Source: a virus
Lineage: Duplodnaviria; Caudoviricetes
Direction: 5' to 3' (one strand)
DNA length: 58,470 nucleotides
IMG/VR virus record: IMGVR_UViG_3300042397_002506
Location: 1 to 58,470 of that record
In this document: positions 27,779 through 37,433 of the stretch, piece by piece
Layout of the letters: every line of letters starts with the position of its first letter
Numbering within the stretch: position 1 is the first letter of the stretch
Notes under the pieces: generated by a model
The model's input: only the letters and a program-made list of their open reading frames with translations
Told to the model about the DNA's origin: nothing
Databases searched by the model: none
Made by a program: the position numbers and the translations under genes

Positions 27779-28372
27779 ATGTCTGCTAATGGAGCGTTTT
27801 CAACAACATTAGATTTTGAATTTTTTGCAGGTGGATATACCACACTTACAGGGGAAGCTTCAGTATCAATTGAACCTTCCCTTGTTTCTTATGCAAGGGT
27901 ACCAATTACCGGCACATTAAACGATTTTAATTTAAATTTTTCGTTTACCGGTAGGATTACTCCACCAATTATTCAAGCTTCGGCTGAAGATCTAAGTTTT
28001 GGTTTTACATCAAGTTCTTTCATAGAATTTGGTGTGCAGCGCTATGCGAAAGCAGAATATGGTTCGCTTGTAATACCATTCACACAATCAGCCCAAGGTT
28101 ATAACCTTACTCACGCTTATTTAAATAAGACTCTTAGTTTTACTCTTAACACCAAGATTTACGTATTCTCATTAGGTGAATCTGCTGGCACATATGGTTT
28201 TAATCTTGAAAGTACTGCACTAAATGTATCTACTAGAGCTTACTCTGGGGATGGAGCAAATTATTGTACATTTAACGGTGTAAACTTCAACGGAGTTACA
28301 ATTAACAAACAATCTAATAGTGTTAGAATCATCGATAATGGCATTAGACAGGCCGAAGTGCTACAAAAATAA
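27779..28372 (+). CDS. Hypothetical late protein, probably structural
   Basis: 197-aa beta-strand-rich ORF in the late operon. Confidence 0.6.
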   Translation: MSANGAFSTTLDFEFFAGGYTTLTGEASVSIEPSLVSYARVPITGTLNDFNLNFSFTGRITPPIIQASAEDLSFGFTSSSFIEFGVQRYAKAEYGSLVIPFTQSAQGYNLTHAYLNKTLSFTLNTKIYVFSLGESAGTYGFNLESTALNVSTRAYSGDGANYCTFNGVNFNGVTINKQSNSVRIIDNGIRQAEVLQK

Positions 28373-28414
28373 CTAATTGATTTTAATAAATAAAAGTAAA
28401 ATCCGGAGAAACAA

Positions 28415-28747
28415 ATGTCTGCTAGCTTCTATATAAAACAAAACGATACCGCACCATCTATTGAAGCTGCGCTTTCAGATTCTAACGGTAGAGTTAAATC
28501 TATGATTAACGCTCAAGCAATAAGATTTCATATGCAAGATGAAAATGGTAATTTGCTTGTAGAAGATGGTATTGGTACTATTATTAATGCTGCTAAAGGC
28601 ATCGTGGCTTACGAATGGCAAGCTGGAGATACTGCTAATACCGGCATTCATAGTGCAGAATTTGAAATTCAATACACTAATGGCCAAGTAGAAACCTTTC
28701 CAAATACCGGTTACATTAAAGTAATCATAAAAGACGAACTGGCTTAA
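28415..28747 (+). CDS. BppU-N-like small structural protein
   Basis: FYIKQNDT.P...G.V.Y.W..GDT...G...AEF...Y..G..ETFP motif; AATAAATA at 28385 upstream. Confidence 0.6.
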   Translation: MSASFYIKQNDTAPSIEAALSDSNGRVKSMINAQAIRFHMQDENGNLLVEDGIGTIINAAKGIVAYEWQAGDTANTGIHSAEFEIQYTNGQVETFPNTGYIKVIIKDELA

Positions 28748-28756
28748 GGAAAACAA

Positions 28757-29500
28757 ATGGCACAACCACAATCAAGAGAAGAATTTAAAGAGTATATCTT
28801 AAGAAAAATCGGTGCGCCGGTTATTCAAATCAACGTAGCTGAAGAGCAAGTAGAAGATCGTGTAGATGAAGCTGTTTCTTTTTGGAGAGATTATCACTAT
28901 AATGGTAGCCAATTAGTTTATTTAAAACATAAGCTTACAGCACAAGATGTAGAAAATGGTTATGTTACATTGCCACAAAACCTTCTTGGTATTTCCAAAA
29001 TTTTTGATCTTGATACTTCTATCTCTACTGGTACAGGTATCTTCAACGTACAATACCAATTTGTACTTAATAACATCTCAGACATCACAGGTTATTCAGT
29101 TACGAATTACTGGATGACTATGTCGCATATGGAGTTTTTACAAGAAATTCTTGTAGGAATGCCTCTTATTCGTTATAACAAACACGTAAATAAGCTTTAT
29201 ATAGATTCTGATAAAGCATCTTTGGTTGCTGACAGATATATCATTATAGAAGCTTACGACATTATTGATCCAGACGCGTACTCTGACGTATGGGGTGATC
29301 GTTGGTTGCAGAATTATGCTTCTGTTTTGGTTCGTGAACAATGGGGTTTAAACCTAACTAAGTTTACAGGCATGCAATTACTTGGCGGAGTACAATTTAA
29401 CGGCGAACAAATTTTAGCTGAAGCAAGAGCAGAGCGTCAAGCTATGGAAGAAGACGCAATAAGAAGTCTACAACCTCTTACATATAACTTTATTGGATAA
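28757..29500 (+). CDS. 13: Neck protein gp13
   Basis: P.SREEFKEYILRK.GAPVIQINV..EQ..DR.DEA...QWG.NL.KF.GMQL.GGV.FNG; synteny. Confidence 0.9.
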   Translation: MAQPQSREEFKEYILRKIGAPVIQINVAEEQVEDRVDEAVSFWRDYHYNGSQLVYLKHKLTAQDVENGYVTLPQNLLGISKIFDLDTSISTGTGIFNVQYQFVLNNISDITGYSVTNYWMTMSHMEFLQEILVGMPLIRYNKHVNKLYIDSDKASLVADRYIIIEAYDIIDPDAYSDVWGDRWLQNYASVLVREQWGLNLTKFTGMQLLGGVQFNGEQILAEARAERQAMEEDAIRSLQPLTYNFIG

Positions 29501-29506
29501 TTTGTA

Positions 29507-30187
29507 ATGGCAACGAGTGTATACTTCAATAATTATGGCAATTTTAATGAACAAAATTTAATTGATGATCTAGTAATAGAGTCAATTCAAATTTATGGCA
29601 TTGATATAAGCTATCTTAGTGGAGAGTTTAATAACATAGATACTATCCTCAATCAAGATGATACGCCGTTGTACGATGAAATGTATTCATTTGAAGTGTA
29701 TATTAAAAATGTTGATGGCTTTGAAGGTGAAGGCGACTTCTTATCTAAGTTTGGTTTGCAAATTAGAGACCAAGTTACATTTACTGTAGCTATTAGAACA
29801 TTCGAACAAAACGTAACTAGAAAAACACAAAGAAAAGTTCGCCCTCGTGAAAATGATGTCATTTGGCTTCCAATAAATCAGAATTTGTATAGAATTACAC
29901 ACGTAGAACATGAGAGTGTATTCTATCAGTCTGGAAGTCTTCAAGTCTATGACCTTAAATGTGAATTAATGGAATTTTCAAATGAAAGATTTGAAACGGG
30001 CAGATACGAAATCGATCATTATTTTGATAACGTTAATTCAACAACCGCTTTTGTAGAAACGCTCGAAGACTTGGCAAATACCGATGTAATTTCTCAAAAT
30101 CTTGATTTTGAAACAGAAGCAGACGGAATTTTAGATTTTTCGGAGATGGATCCGTTTAGCGAAAATATTAATATTCAGGATCGATAA
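29507..30187 (+). CDS. 14: Neck/head-closure protein gp14
   Basis: EQNL.DDLV.ESIQ.YG, GFEGEGDFLSKFGLQ.RD, RPRE.D, DFSE.DPF. Confidence 0.9.
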   Translation: MATSVYFNNYGNFNEQNLIDDLVIESIQIYGIDISYLSGEFNNIDTILNQDDTPLYDEMYSFEVYIKNVDGFEGEGDFLSKFGLQIRDQVTFTVAIRTFEQNVTRKTQRKVRPRENDVIWLPINQNLYRITHVEHESVFYQSGSLQVYDLKCELMEFSNERFETGRYEIDHYFDNVNSTTAFVETLEDLANTDVISQNLDFETEADGILDFSEMDPFSENINIQDR

Positions 30188-31111
30188 ATGGCTATAGCAA
30201 ACTATTTTTATAATGCAACTACTAAAAAATATGTAGCATTATTTGGCACTATTTTCAATCAAATTAAAATTGAAAGAAAAGACAACGCAGGCAACTTAGT
30301 GCAAACTATGATTGTGCCGTTATCTTATGCTCCGTTCCAAAAAGTACTTTCAAAATTAGTGCAAGAGCCAGATTTAATAAATGGTACAAGAGCTGCTGAT
30401 GCTATTTCGTTACCTCGCATGTCGTTTGAAATTACAAACATGCAATACGATTCTCAAAGAAAACTTGCTTCGTCTCTTAAGATGCGCAAAGAATCAAAAG
30501 CAGAAACAAACTCTGCAAGAAACTTTGTTTATGCTGCTACACCATATAACCTAGATTTTTCGTTATATATTATGACTAAGTATTCGGAAGATGCAACTAA
30601 GATATTAGAGCAAATTCTTCCATTCTTTACGCCAGATTGGACTGTTAGTGCGTTTCTTATACCTGATCTTGATTCTTTTGATCTTCCTATTATTTTAAAT
30701 AGTGTTACTACAGAAGATCTTTACGAAGGTGATTACATTGAAAGACAAACAATTTTATACACTTTAAATTTTACTTTAAAGGGTTACTTTTTTGGGCCTG
30801 AGAAAACTAAAAAGGTTATTAAATTTGTTGATGCAGGCTTTGCGGCAAGCACTTTAGCAAATGCACCGCTTGAAGAAGATGTTAACGTATATCCAGTTAT
30901 TCTTGCTAATAATTCAATTGGATGGTCTGATATTGAATTTGATGATAACTGGGTTGCAAATACAGATTACGTAAATCCAAATGGAGCAAATCAACCATTT
31001 GTGCTTGACATTGTATACAGCAATACAGATTTAAGTTCAACATCTAACAATGTTATCATTGATCTTGAAAGCGGATACGCTATAGATGATTTAAACTTAC
31101 CACAAACATAA
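30188..31111 (+). CDS. 15: Tail sheath stabiliser/tail terminator gp15
   Basis: YFY...KYVALFG.IFN.I, VPL.YAP..K, LPRMSFE, EQILP.F.P. Confidence 0.9.
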   Translation: MAIANYFYNATTKKYVALFGTIFNQIKIERKDNAGNLVQTMIVPLSYAPFQKVLSKLVQEPDLINGTRAADAISLPRMSFEITNMQYDSQRKLASSLKMRKESKAETNSARNFVYAATPYNLDFSLYIMTKYSEDATKILEQILPFFTPDWTVSAFLIPDLDSFDLPIILNSVTTEDLYEGDYIERQTILYTLNFTLKGYFFGPEKTKKVIKFVDAGFAASTLANAPLEEDVNVYPVILANNSIGWSDIEFDDNWVANTDYVNPNGANQPFVLDIVYSNTDLSSTSNNVIIDLESGYAIDDLNLPQT

Positions 31112-31141
31112 ATAAATTAAACGTTTATAGGAACAACTTAA

Positions 31142-34100
31142 ATGGCACAAATTCTACAACACAGAAGAAATACGACTACTGGTCTGCAAAACGAGCGCGG
31201 ATCTGTTGGTGAAATTTTAATTGACACAACCAAAAATACAGTAGTTGTAATGGATGGTGCTACTAATGGCGGTACTCCTTTAGCAAAAGAATCTGATATT
31301 CCAACTGATGTAAGTCAACTAACTGATACTGAAGGACTATTAGGCGGTGGAGGTGGCACTGCTAATTTAGAAGATATTGTAGTAACTAATAATACAGGGT
31401 CTACAAAGTTAGCTCTGTCTAATAAAGATTTTACTATTGAAACTACTAGAACAGGAAGTCAGGATGCTGACATAAATCTTACTGCAGCAGACGATATTTT
31501 CATTGAAGCACTTGGTGATGATATGGAACTTAGTGCTAACGATGAAATACGCATTTACACAAACGATTATAACAAAGAATGGACATTTAATTCTGGTGGA
31601 AATATAGTACTACCAGTAGGTGGTGACATCTTAAATAGCGATGGTATTAGCGTATTGGCTGGACCAGGAGATCCAAATGTTTGGGTGCAAACATTCGAGT
31701 CTGCAAACGGCGCACCTGATGATGTGCCGGCTTTAGCATCTAGCGTAGAATATGATTCTGACGGCAATATTATTGCTTTATTCAGTCATATAAGCGAGAT
31801 TAATTATTCAAGCTATTATTCAGTAGGTAAGTACACTAGCAGTGGTACTAAGATGTGGTCAGCAAGATTTCTGTCAGATTTTAACACAGACGGGTGGGGT
31901 CTTGCAGTAGATAATATCAGCAATTCAATATACATAGCAGGCAAAACAATTCCAGAAGCAAATGGATATAGTGTATCTACTTTAACTAAAATTGATAGTT
32001 TAGATGGCAGCTTGGAATGGAGCAAAGAATACGATTTTGGATATCAAAGTACTAGCTCAGTAGTTGATGTAGCTTCAGACGGTAACCCAGTTATGGTAGG
32101 TTATGCATCTAATAGTACTGATAGCTATGTTGCTACTACAAAAGTCAACGCGGCAAATGGCAGTATTGACTGGACAAGAAGTCTGAATGGACAGGGCGAT
32201 GAAGAAGCATATGGAATGGCTGTTGGACCTAATGGTGAAATAGTAGCAATTGGTTACATGGATCAATTAGGTGAAGCTAGTGATACAGAAAATCATATGC
32301 TTGTTGTTAAGTATAATAGTTCTGGCGCTATACAGTGGCAAAAAGCTATACTGTTTGATGCTGGGTTTGACTGCAGAGGCGCAGATGCAGACATTGACAG
32401 CACGGGCAATATCTATGTGACTGGTAGTTATCAATATAGTTTTGACGGAGGCACAACTAGCGCTATAAGCATACTAAAACTTAATAGTGAAGGTGTTAAA
32501 CAATGGAGCAGACGAGTTGCAGGCAATTGTGACTCATTTGGAGTTAGCATAGTGGTTGGTCCAGACGATAAATTGTATCTGTCTGGAGTCACAGCCAACC
32601 CAAATAATTTTCCAGACAGCTATGTGTGGGTTGCAGCAAAATACGGTTTTGACGGCACAGTAGAATGGCAAAGATTAATAGACAATGTTACTACTTGGTC
32701 ATTTGCAGGCGGCATGTTTTTTAGTGAAGGTTCTGGCAGCACTATAGCAGTTAAACAAGATTATGTCGCACTTAGTGGTGGCTTCGGAGATGCAGGCCAA
32801 ATGCCGCATGCTGCTGTTGTACAAATTTCTGCAACAGGAGACCAATTTGCAGCAGGCGATTGGGATATCAGATCAGCCACATTTAGCGGATTTCTAGATA
32901 ATGCAGCCAGCGATATTACAGTAGTTAATGCTAATAAAACTGACGCAAACAACGCAAACAACGTTAATACTAGTACAGTCTCGCCAATTACAGATGGTTC
33001 TAATTTCTTGCTTGGAACATTATATAATTCAGGAGATACTGGAAACAGCATTTATAATGGACAATATTCTGTTAGAATAGATACTGACGGCGTTGTTACA
33101 ATGTCAACAAGCCGCGGCAGTTTGGAGTTTGGCGCATTGCCAGAACCAGGTGGTCCATCACACTTCCATATTATGCGAGCTGCCGGTGATTCTCAAGACT
33201 TGTATTTTGGCGATGATTATAACTATGTGTTACAGCGTGGGCCAGATTATGGCCCTGTACCCGGATATGGATACGGTGTAGAGATTGGTACCAATGATAA
33301 CGATGAGGGCGATCAGCATGTGTGGAGGTTTGGTACAGATGGTGCTATGACATTCCCAACGCTAACAGTTCCTATTAATGATAATGCTAACCCAAGTGGC
33401 ACTGGACAAACATTAAAGTTTGGTGATTCAGCGCAACAAGCAATTATATTTGGACCAGAATCAACAGAAAGCGCTATTAACGCTGAACGCGTTATCATTC
33501 AAGGCGCTGCAGGTTATGCAAACACCGCTGGCGAAGGTGGTGACGTTTACTTGTGGGCAGGCCCTGGTGGAGATGCTAATGGTAACGGCGGAGATATTAA
33601 GATTCGTGCCGGTCGAGGCATTGGCTCGGGCACCGGCGGTTACCTAAACTTCCAAGCAGGTGATTCTGGTACTAGTGACGGCGGATGGATCAATATTGAA
33701 AGTGGCGAAACACAAACGTACGGTCTAGGCGGCTACGTATTAATACGAGCAATGAGTGGTGGCGAAATAACATTACGCACATTCCCAGAAACAGGTAATA
33801 GTAATGATTGGCAATTTACTAATGCTGGTGGTACGATATTCCCAAATAACACTTTAAAGACTATCGACGGCGGAGATGCTGCTGGCAATAGTGTTGGTGG
33901 TTCTGGTATTCCATTAACAATCACTACTGGAGTAGGCGGTGATGCTCGTACTGACGGCTTTACTGGTTGGAATGCTGGCAACGGAGGTAACTTAACAATT
34001 GCTGCCGGTAATGCTGGGTCTGATATAGGTAGTAGTACATGGGGAGCGATAGGTGGAGACATTGAGTTAATAGCTGGAAATTCTTCAAGGCCATATGTTG

Positions 34101-35149
34101 GCGGCAATGTTATAATAAGAAGTGGCGATGCGGTAAATGGGCCAGGTGCAATAACTTTGAACACTGGCACAAATCAGTGGAAGTTTGACGCAACTGGCAG
34201 ATTAGTTAATATAGATGGCTTAACGTTAACAACAGGCGGTCAATTTAATATTTGTACTATACAAAATGCTGGCAGTGGATACACTAGTGATGATCCACTA
34301 CCATCTACAACTACAGGTGGTACTGGCAGTGGAATGACTGTGAATTTTGGATACGGGTTAAGTGGGCAATTGGCCAGCGTTTCTGTATCTAATCCTGGTA
34401 CAGGCTACACTAATGGCGATGTTATAAGTGTAGGTGGTGGTACAGGCACATTTGTTATTACTCGATATAATGATCAAGCTAATCAAGGTAACAATAATTT
34501 TGTTGAACAAAACTGGGAATTTGGCACAGACGGCAATATAACATTCCCAGACGCGTCAGTTCAAAGAACTGCTTATACCGGTAATTATACTACTATTGCT
34601 AAAACTGGTGCTGATATTAATGGTAATGATGTATTGTTCGAAATTACGGCTGTTGACGGTTCTGATGTAGTAACTGAAGTGATAGTGACTAACAGCCCCA
34701 ATCCTGTTTGGGTTGCTAATACAAGCGGTTTAGCATTGGGTGACATAGACTTCACAGTTAATTTTGATGAATCTGGAAATGCTACAGTTATAGTAAACAG
34801 CGGTGGTACTGGACATTCTGTCGGTGAAACATTTTTACTGCCACCAACTGCAGTTGGTGCTACTGCGCCAACACCAACGGCGTTAGATATAACAAAAGTT
34901 GTTAATAAACTAACTAATGGTGTTTATACGTTAGCAGATGGTGTTGAAGGACAAATGATGTATCTAGTAAGACAAACAGGAACTACATATAATACAGTTG
35001 CTGTAATAATTGCAAATGCTCGCATTGACGGACTTGTATATACATCTATCGAACATTATCCTTTCAGTTATAATACTAGCGGTATTGATATAGATACTTT
35101 AATCTTCACAGACGGTGCTTGGCAAGCAAATGGCGGCACCTGGGATTAA
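31142..35149 (+). CDS. Large fibre/adhesin-like protein (Mtd_N-like N-terminus, beta-propeller, Gly-rich repeats)
   Basis: N-terminal LQHRR...G..GEI.IDT.K.TVVV.DG.T.GG.PLA; D..GNIY..G propeller repeats; W.F...G...(F/L)P repeats; CATAAATA at 31107. Confidence 0.7.
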   Translation: MAQILQHRRNTTTGLQNERGSVGEILIDTTKNTVVVMDGATNGGTPLAKESDIPTDVSQLTDTEGLLGGGGGTANLEDIVVTNNTGSTKLALSNKDFTIETTRTGSQDADINLTAADDIFIEALGDDMELSANDEIRIYTNDYNKEWTFNSGGNIVLPVGGDILNSDGISVLAGPGDPNVWVQTFESANGAPDDVPALASSVEYDSDGNIIALFSHISEINYSSYYSVGKYTSSGTKMWSARFLSDFNTDGWGLAVDNISNSIYIAGKTIPEANGYSVSTLTKIDSLDGSLEWSKEYDFGYQSTSSVVDVASDGNPVMVGYASNSTDSYVATTKVNAANGSIDWTRSLNGQGDEEAYGMAVGPNGEIVAIGYMDQLGEASDTENHMLVVKYNSSGAIQWQKAILFDAGFDCRGADADIDSTGNIYVTGSYQYSFDGGTTSAISILKLNSEGVKQWSRRVAGNCDSFGVSIVVGPDDKLYLSGVTANPNNFPDSYVWVAAKYGFDGTVEWQRLIDNVTTWSFAGGMFFSEGSGSTIAVKQDYVALSGGFGDAGQMPHAAVVQISATGDQFAAGDWDIRSATFSGFLDNAASDITVVNANKTDANNANNVNTSTVSPITDGSNFLLGTLYNSGDTGNSIYNGQYSVRIDTDGVVTMSTSRGSLEFGALPEPGGPSHFHIMRAAGDSQDLYFGDDYNYVLQRGPDYGPVPGYGYGVEIGTNDNDEGDQHVWRFGTDGAMTFPTLTVPINDNANPSGTGQTLKFGDSAQQAIIFGPESTESAINAERVIIQGAAGYANTAGEGGDVYLWAGPGGDANGNGGDIKIRAGRGIGSGTGGYLNFQAGDSGTSDGGWINIESGETQTYGLGGYVLIRAMSGGEITLRTFPETGNSNDWQFTNAGGTIFPNNTLKTIDGGDAAGNSVGGSGIPLTITTGVGGDARTDGFTGWNAGNGGNLTIAAGNAGSDIGSSTWGAIGGDIELIAGNSSRPYVGGNVIIRSGDAVNGPGAITLNTGTNQWKFDATGRLVNIDGLTLTTGGQFNICTIQNAGSGYTSDDPLPSTTTGGTGSGMTVNFGYGLSGQLASVSVSNPGTGYTNGDVISVGGGTGTFVITRYNDQANQGNNNFVEQNWEFGTDGNITFPDASVQRTAYTGNYTTIAKTGADINGNDVLFEITAVDGSDVVTEVIVTNSPNPVWVANTSGLALGDIDFTVNFDESGNATVIVNSGGTGHSVGETFLLPPTAVGATAPTPTALDITKVVNKLTNGVYTLADGVEGQMMYLVRQTGTTYNTVAVIIANARIDGLVYTSIEHYPFSYNTSGIDIDTLIFTDGAWQANGGTWD

Positions 35150-35180
35150 CACGTTAAATAATTTTGTGAGATAAAAAATA

Positions 35181-35765
35181 ATGAGTGATGATAAAATAGC
35201 AATGGCTCTTGGATTAAGACCTTTACAGATGGCACAAGATGACGCACAAGAGGGAAAAGCCAGTAATAATGTGGAACAGCAAATGGATGCTGACTGGGAA
35301 GATGACTGTGAAGAAAATAAAGGATCGAGGGATAATACATATCATAGAGATTCCGGAAGTGATATTAGTGAACTTGGACGAAATGGAACCTCAACAGAAC
35401 TCGCAACAAAACAAGAAATAAATCCTCCTGCTATTATTGTTGAAGATGATGAAAACTTAAAAGATATTGAAACAGTTCGCAATAATATTGCAAATGTTAT
35501 TGATATTGGTAAAGAAGCTATGGAAGAAATGCTTGAAATTGCAAAGCAATCTGAACAACCACGAGCATTTGAAGTTGTTTCTACTTTAATGAAAACATTG
35601 CTTGATGCTAACAAAGATTATGCTGACATATCTTCTAAAAAGAAATATGCCAAAGAAGAATTACTTGGGCCTAAGCAAGCAGCACAAACAAATGTTACAA
35701 ACAATAACTTAATCGTATCAACAGCAGATCTTTTAAAAATGCTAAAGGGTGATTCTAATGGGTGA
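35181..35765 (+). CDS. 16: Terminase small subunit gp16
   Basis: A..SE.PRAFEV...L.K and NVTNNNL...TADL.K.LK; directly upstream of gp17. Confidence 0.85.
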   Translation: MSDDKIAMALGLRPLQMAQDDAQEGKASNNVEQQMDADWEDDCEENKGSRDNTYHRDSGSDISELGRNGTSTELATKQEINPPAIIVEDDENLKDIETVRNNIANVIDIGKEAMEEMLEIAKQSEQPRAFEVVSTLMKTLLDANKDYADISSKKKYAKEELLGPKQAAQTNVTNNNLIVSTADLLKMLKGDSNG

Positions 35766-37344
35766 TGGTTACTTAGGCAATTCACACCTTAAAAAGGTAG
35801 ATCAAGAAATTGAGTGGACTCCTGAGCTCATAAAAGAGTATATTAAGTGCTCTAAAGATCCTGTTTATTTTGCCAAAACGTACATTAAAATTGTACACGT
35901 AGACCGAGGTCTTATTCCTTTTGATATGTATGACTATCAAAAAGAAATTGTTGAAAAAATATCAAATAATAGAAGAGCAGCTGTTTTAACTGCTCGACAA
36001 TCTGGTAAAACAACAACTGCCGTTGCTGTTATTCTTCATTATATTTTGTTTAATGAATTTGCAACTGTAGCTATTCTTGCTAATAAAGGAGATGCAGCTA
36101 GAGAAGTTTTAGCACGTATTAAATTAGCTTATGAAGCTTTACCTAAGTGGTTACAACAAGGTATTACAGAGTGGAACAAAGGTAACATAGAACTAGAAAA
36201 TGGCTGTAAAGTTCTTGCCGGTACTACTACATCATCTGCTATCCGTGGTAAGTCTATCAACTTCCTATATCTGGATGAGGTGGCGTTCATTGAGGGATAC
36301 GACGAGTTCTTTGCCTCTGTATACCCAACCATTTCGTCTGGTGAGTCTACAAAGCTTCTGATGACCTCTACACCCAACGGTTTAAACCACTTTTGGAAAA
36401 CATGTAAAGGCGCAGAAGAAGGTACAAACGGATATCAATTCGTTAAAGTTATGTGGTATGATGTACCTGGCAGAGGAGAAGCGTGGAAAAAAGAAACTAT
36501 TGAATCACTCGATCATGACGAAGATAAGTTCAATCAAGAATATTGTTGCGAATTCCTTGGATCGTCTGGTACACTTATCAGCGGTTCAAAGTTAAAAGAA
36601 CTTTATCCTGATAGACCTATAATGAAAAGCGAAGGTTTAATTCAATACGAAAGACCCGAAAAAAATCAACAATACGTAATTACTGCTGACGTTGCTAGAG
36701 GAAAAGGATTAGACTATTCAACGTTTACAGTTTTTAACATTACGGAAATGCCTTATCGACAAGTTGCTGTTTTTAGAGATAATTACATAGGACCTATTGA
36801 TTTTGCTTCTGTATTAAATAGAATTGGAATGGTTTACAATACCGCCGGATTGCTAGTTGAAATTAACGATATTGGTGGTCAAGTTGTAGACGTATTGCAT
36901 ATAGACTATGGTTATGAGAATTTACTTTATACGCAAAACTCAGGTCGAAGCGGAAAAGTACTTAGTGCCGGTTTTGGTAAAAACGTAGAAAATGGTATTA
37001 GAACAACAAAAACTGTAAAAGGTACTGGGTGTTCTATGCTTAAAATGCTGGTTGAGCAAAACCAATTACTCATAAGAGACTATGATACTATACAAGAATT
37101 GAGTAGGTTTTCTAAAAAAGCAAACTCATTTGAGGCAGAACCAGGTTTTCATGATGACCTAGTTATGAATCTAGTGTTATTTTCTTGGATGACAGAGCAA
37201 GCATACTTTAAGGACATGACAGACATAAACACATTAATCAAGTTAAGAGAAAAAACAGACGAGCAAATTGAAGAAGATATGTTACCATTTGGATTTATAG
37301 ATGACGGTGACGTTTTCTATGAGAACGACGGTCTTGTATTATGA
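35758..37344 (+). CDS. 17: Terminase large subunit gp17
   Basis: YLGN..LK; Walker A ARQSGKT; Walker B LYLDE; STPNG.NHF; RNase-H-like DVARG...DYS; HDDLVM. Confidence 0.95.
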   Translation: MGDGYLGNSHLKKVDQEIEWTPELIKEYIKCSKDPVYFAKTYIKIVHVDRGLIPFDMYDYQKEIVEKISNNRRAAVLTARQSGKTTTAVAVILHYILFNEFATVAILANKGDAAREVLARIKLAYEALPKWLQQGITEWNKGNIELENGCKVLAGTTTSSAIRGKSINFLYLDEVAFIEGYDEFFASVYPTISSGESTKLLMTSTPNGLNHFWKTCKGAEEGTNGYQFVKVMWYDVPGRGEAWKKETIESLDHDEDKFNQEYCCEFLGSSGTLISGSKLKELYPDRPIMKSEGLIQYERPEKNQQYVITADVARGKGLDYSTFTVFNITEMPYRQVAVFRDNYIGPIDFASVLNRIGMVYNTAGLLVEINDIGGQVVDVLHIDYGYENLLYTQNSGRSGKVLSAGFGKNVENGIRTTKTVKGTGCSMLKMLVEQNQLLIRDYDTIQELSRFSKKANSFEAEPGFHDDLVMNLVLFSWMTEQAYFKDMTDINTLIKLREKTDEQIEEDMLPFGFIDDGDVFYENDGLVL

Positions 37345-37371
37345 CGGCTCACTCAAGCAAATCGATAAATT

Positions 37372-37379
37372 TATAAATA
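37372..37379 (+). promoter_or_regulatory. T4-type late promoter
   Basis: Exact TATAAATA upstream of gp18. Confidence 0.85.
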
Positions 37380-37433
37380 GAAACAGTAATAATAAATTAA
37401 ACACGTGTTTCTAATTCAATAAAGGAGAAAAAC

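Noticed and set aside
31142-35149. Diversity-generating retroelement, suggested by the Mtd_N-like domain
   Set aside because: No reverse transcriptase and no TR/VR pair differing at adenines seen in the window.
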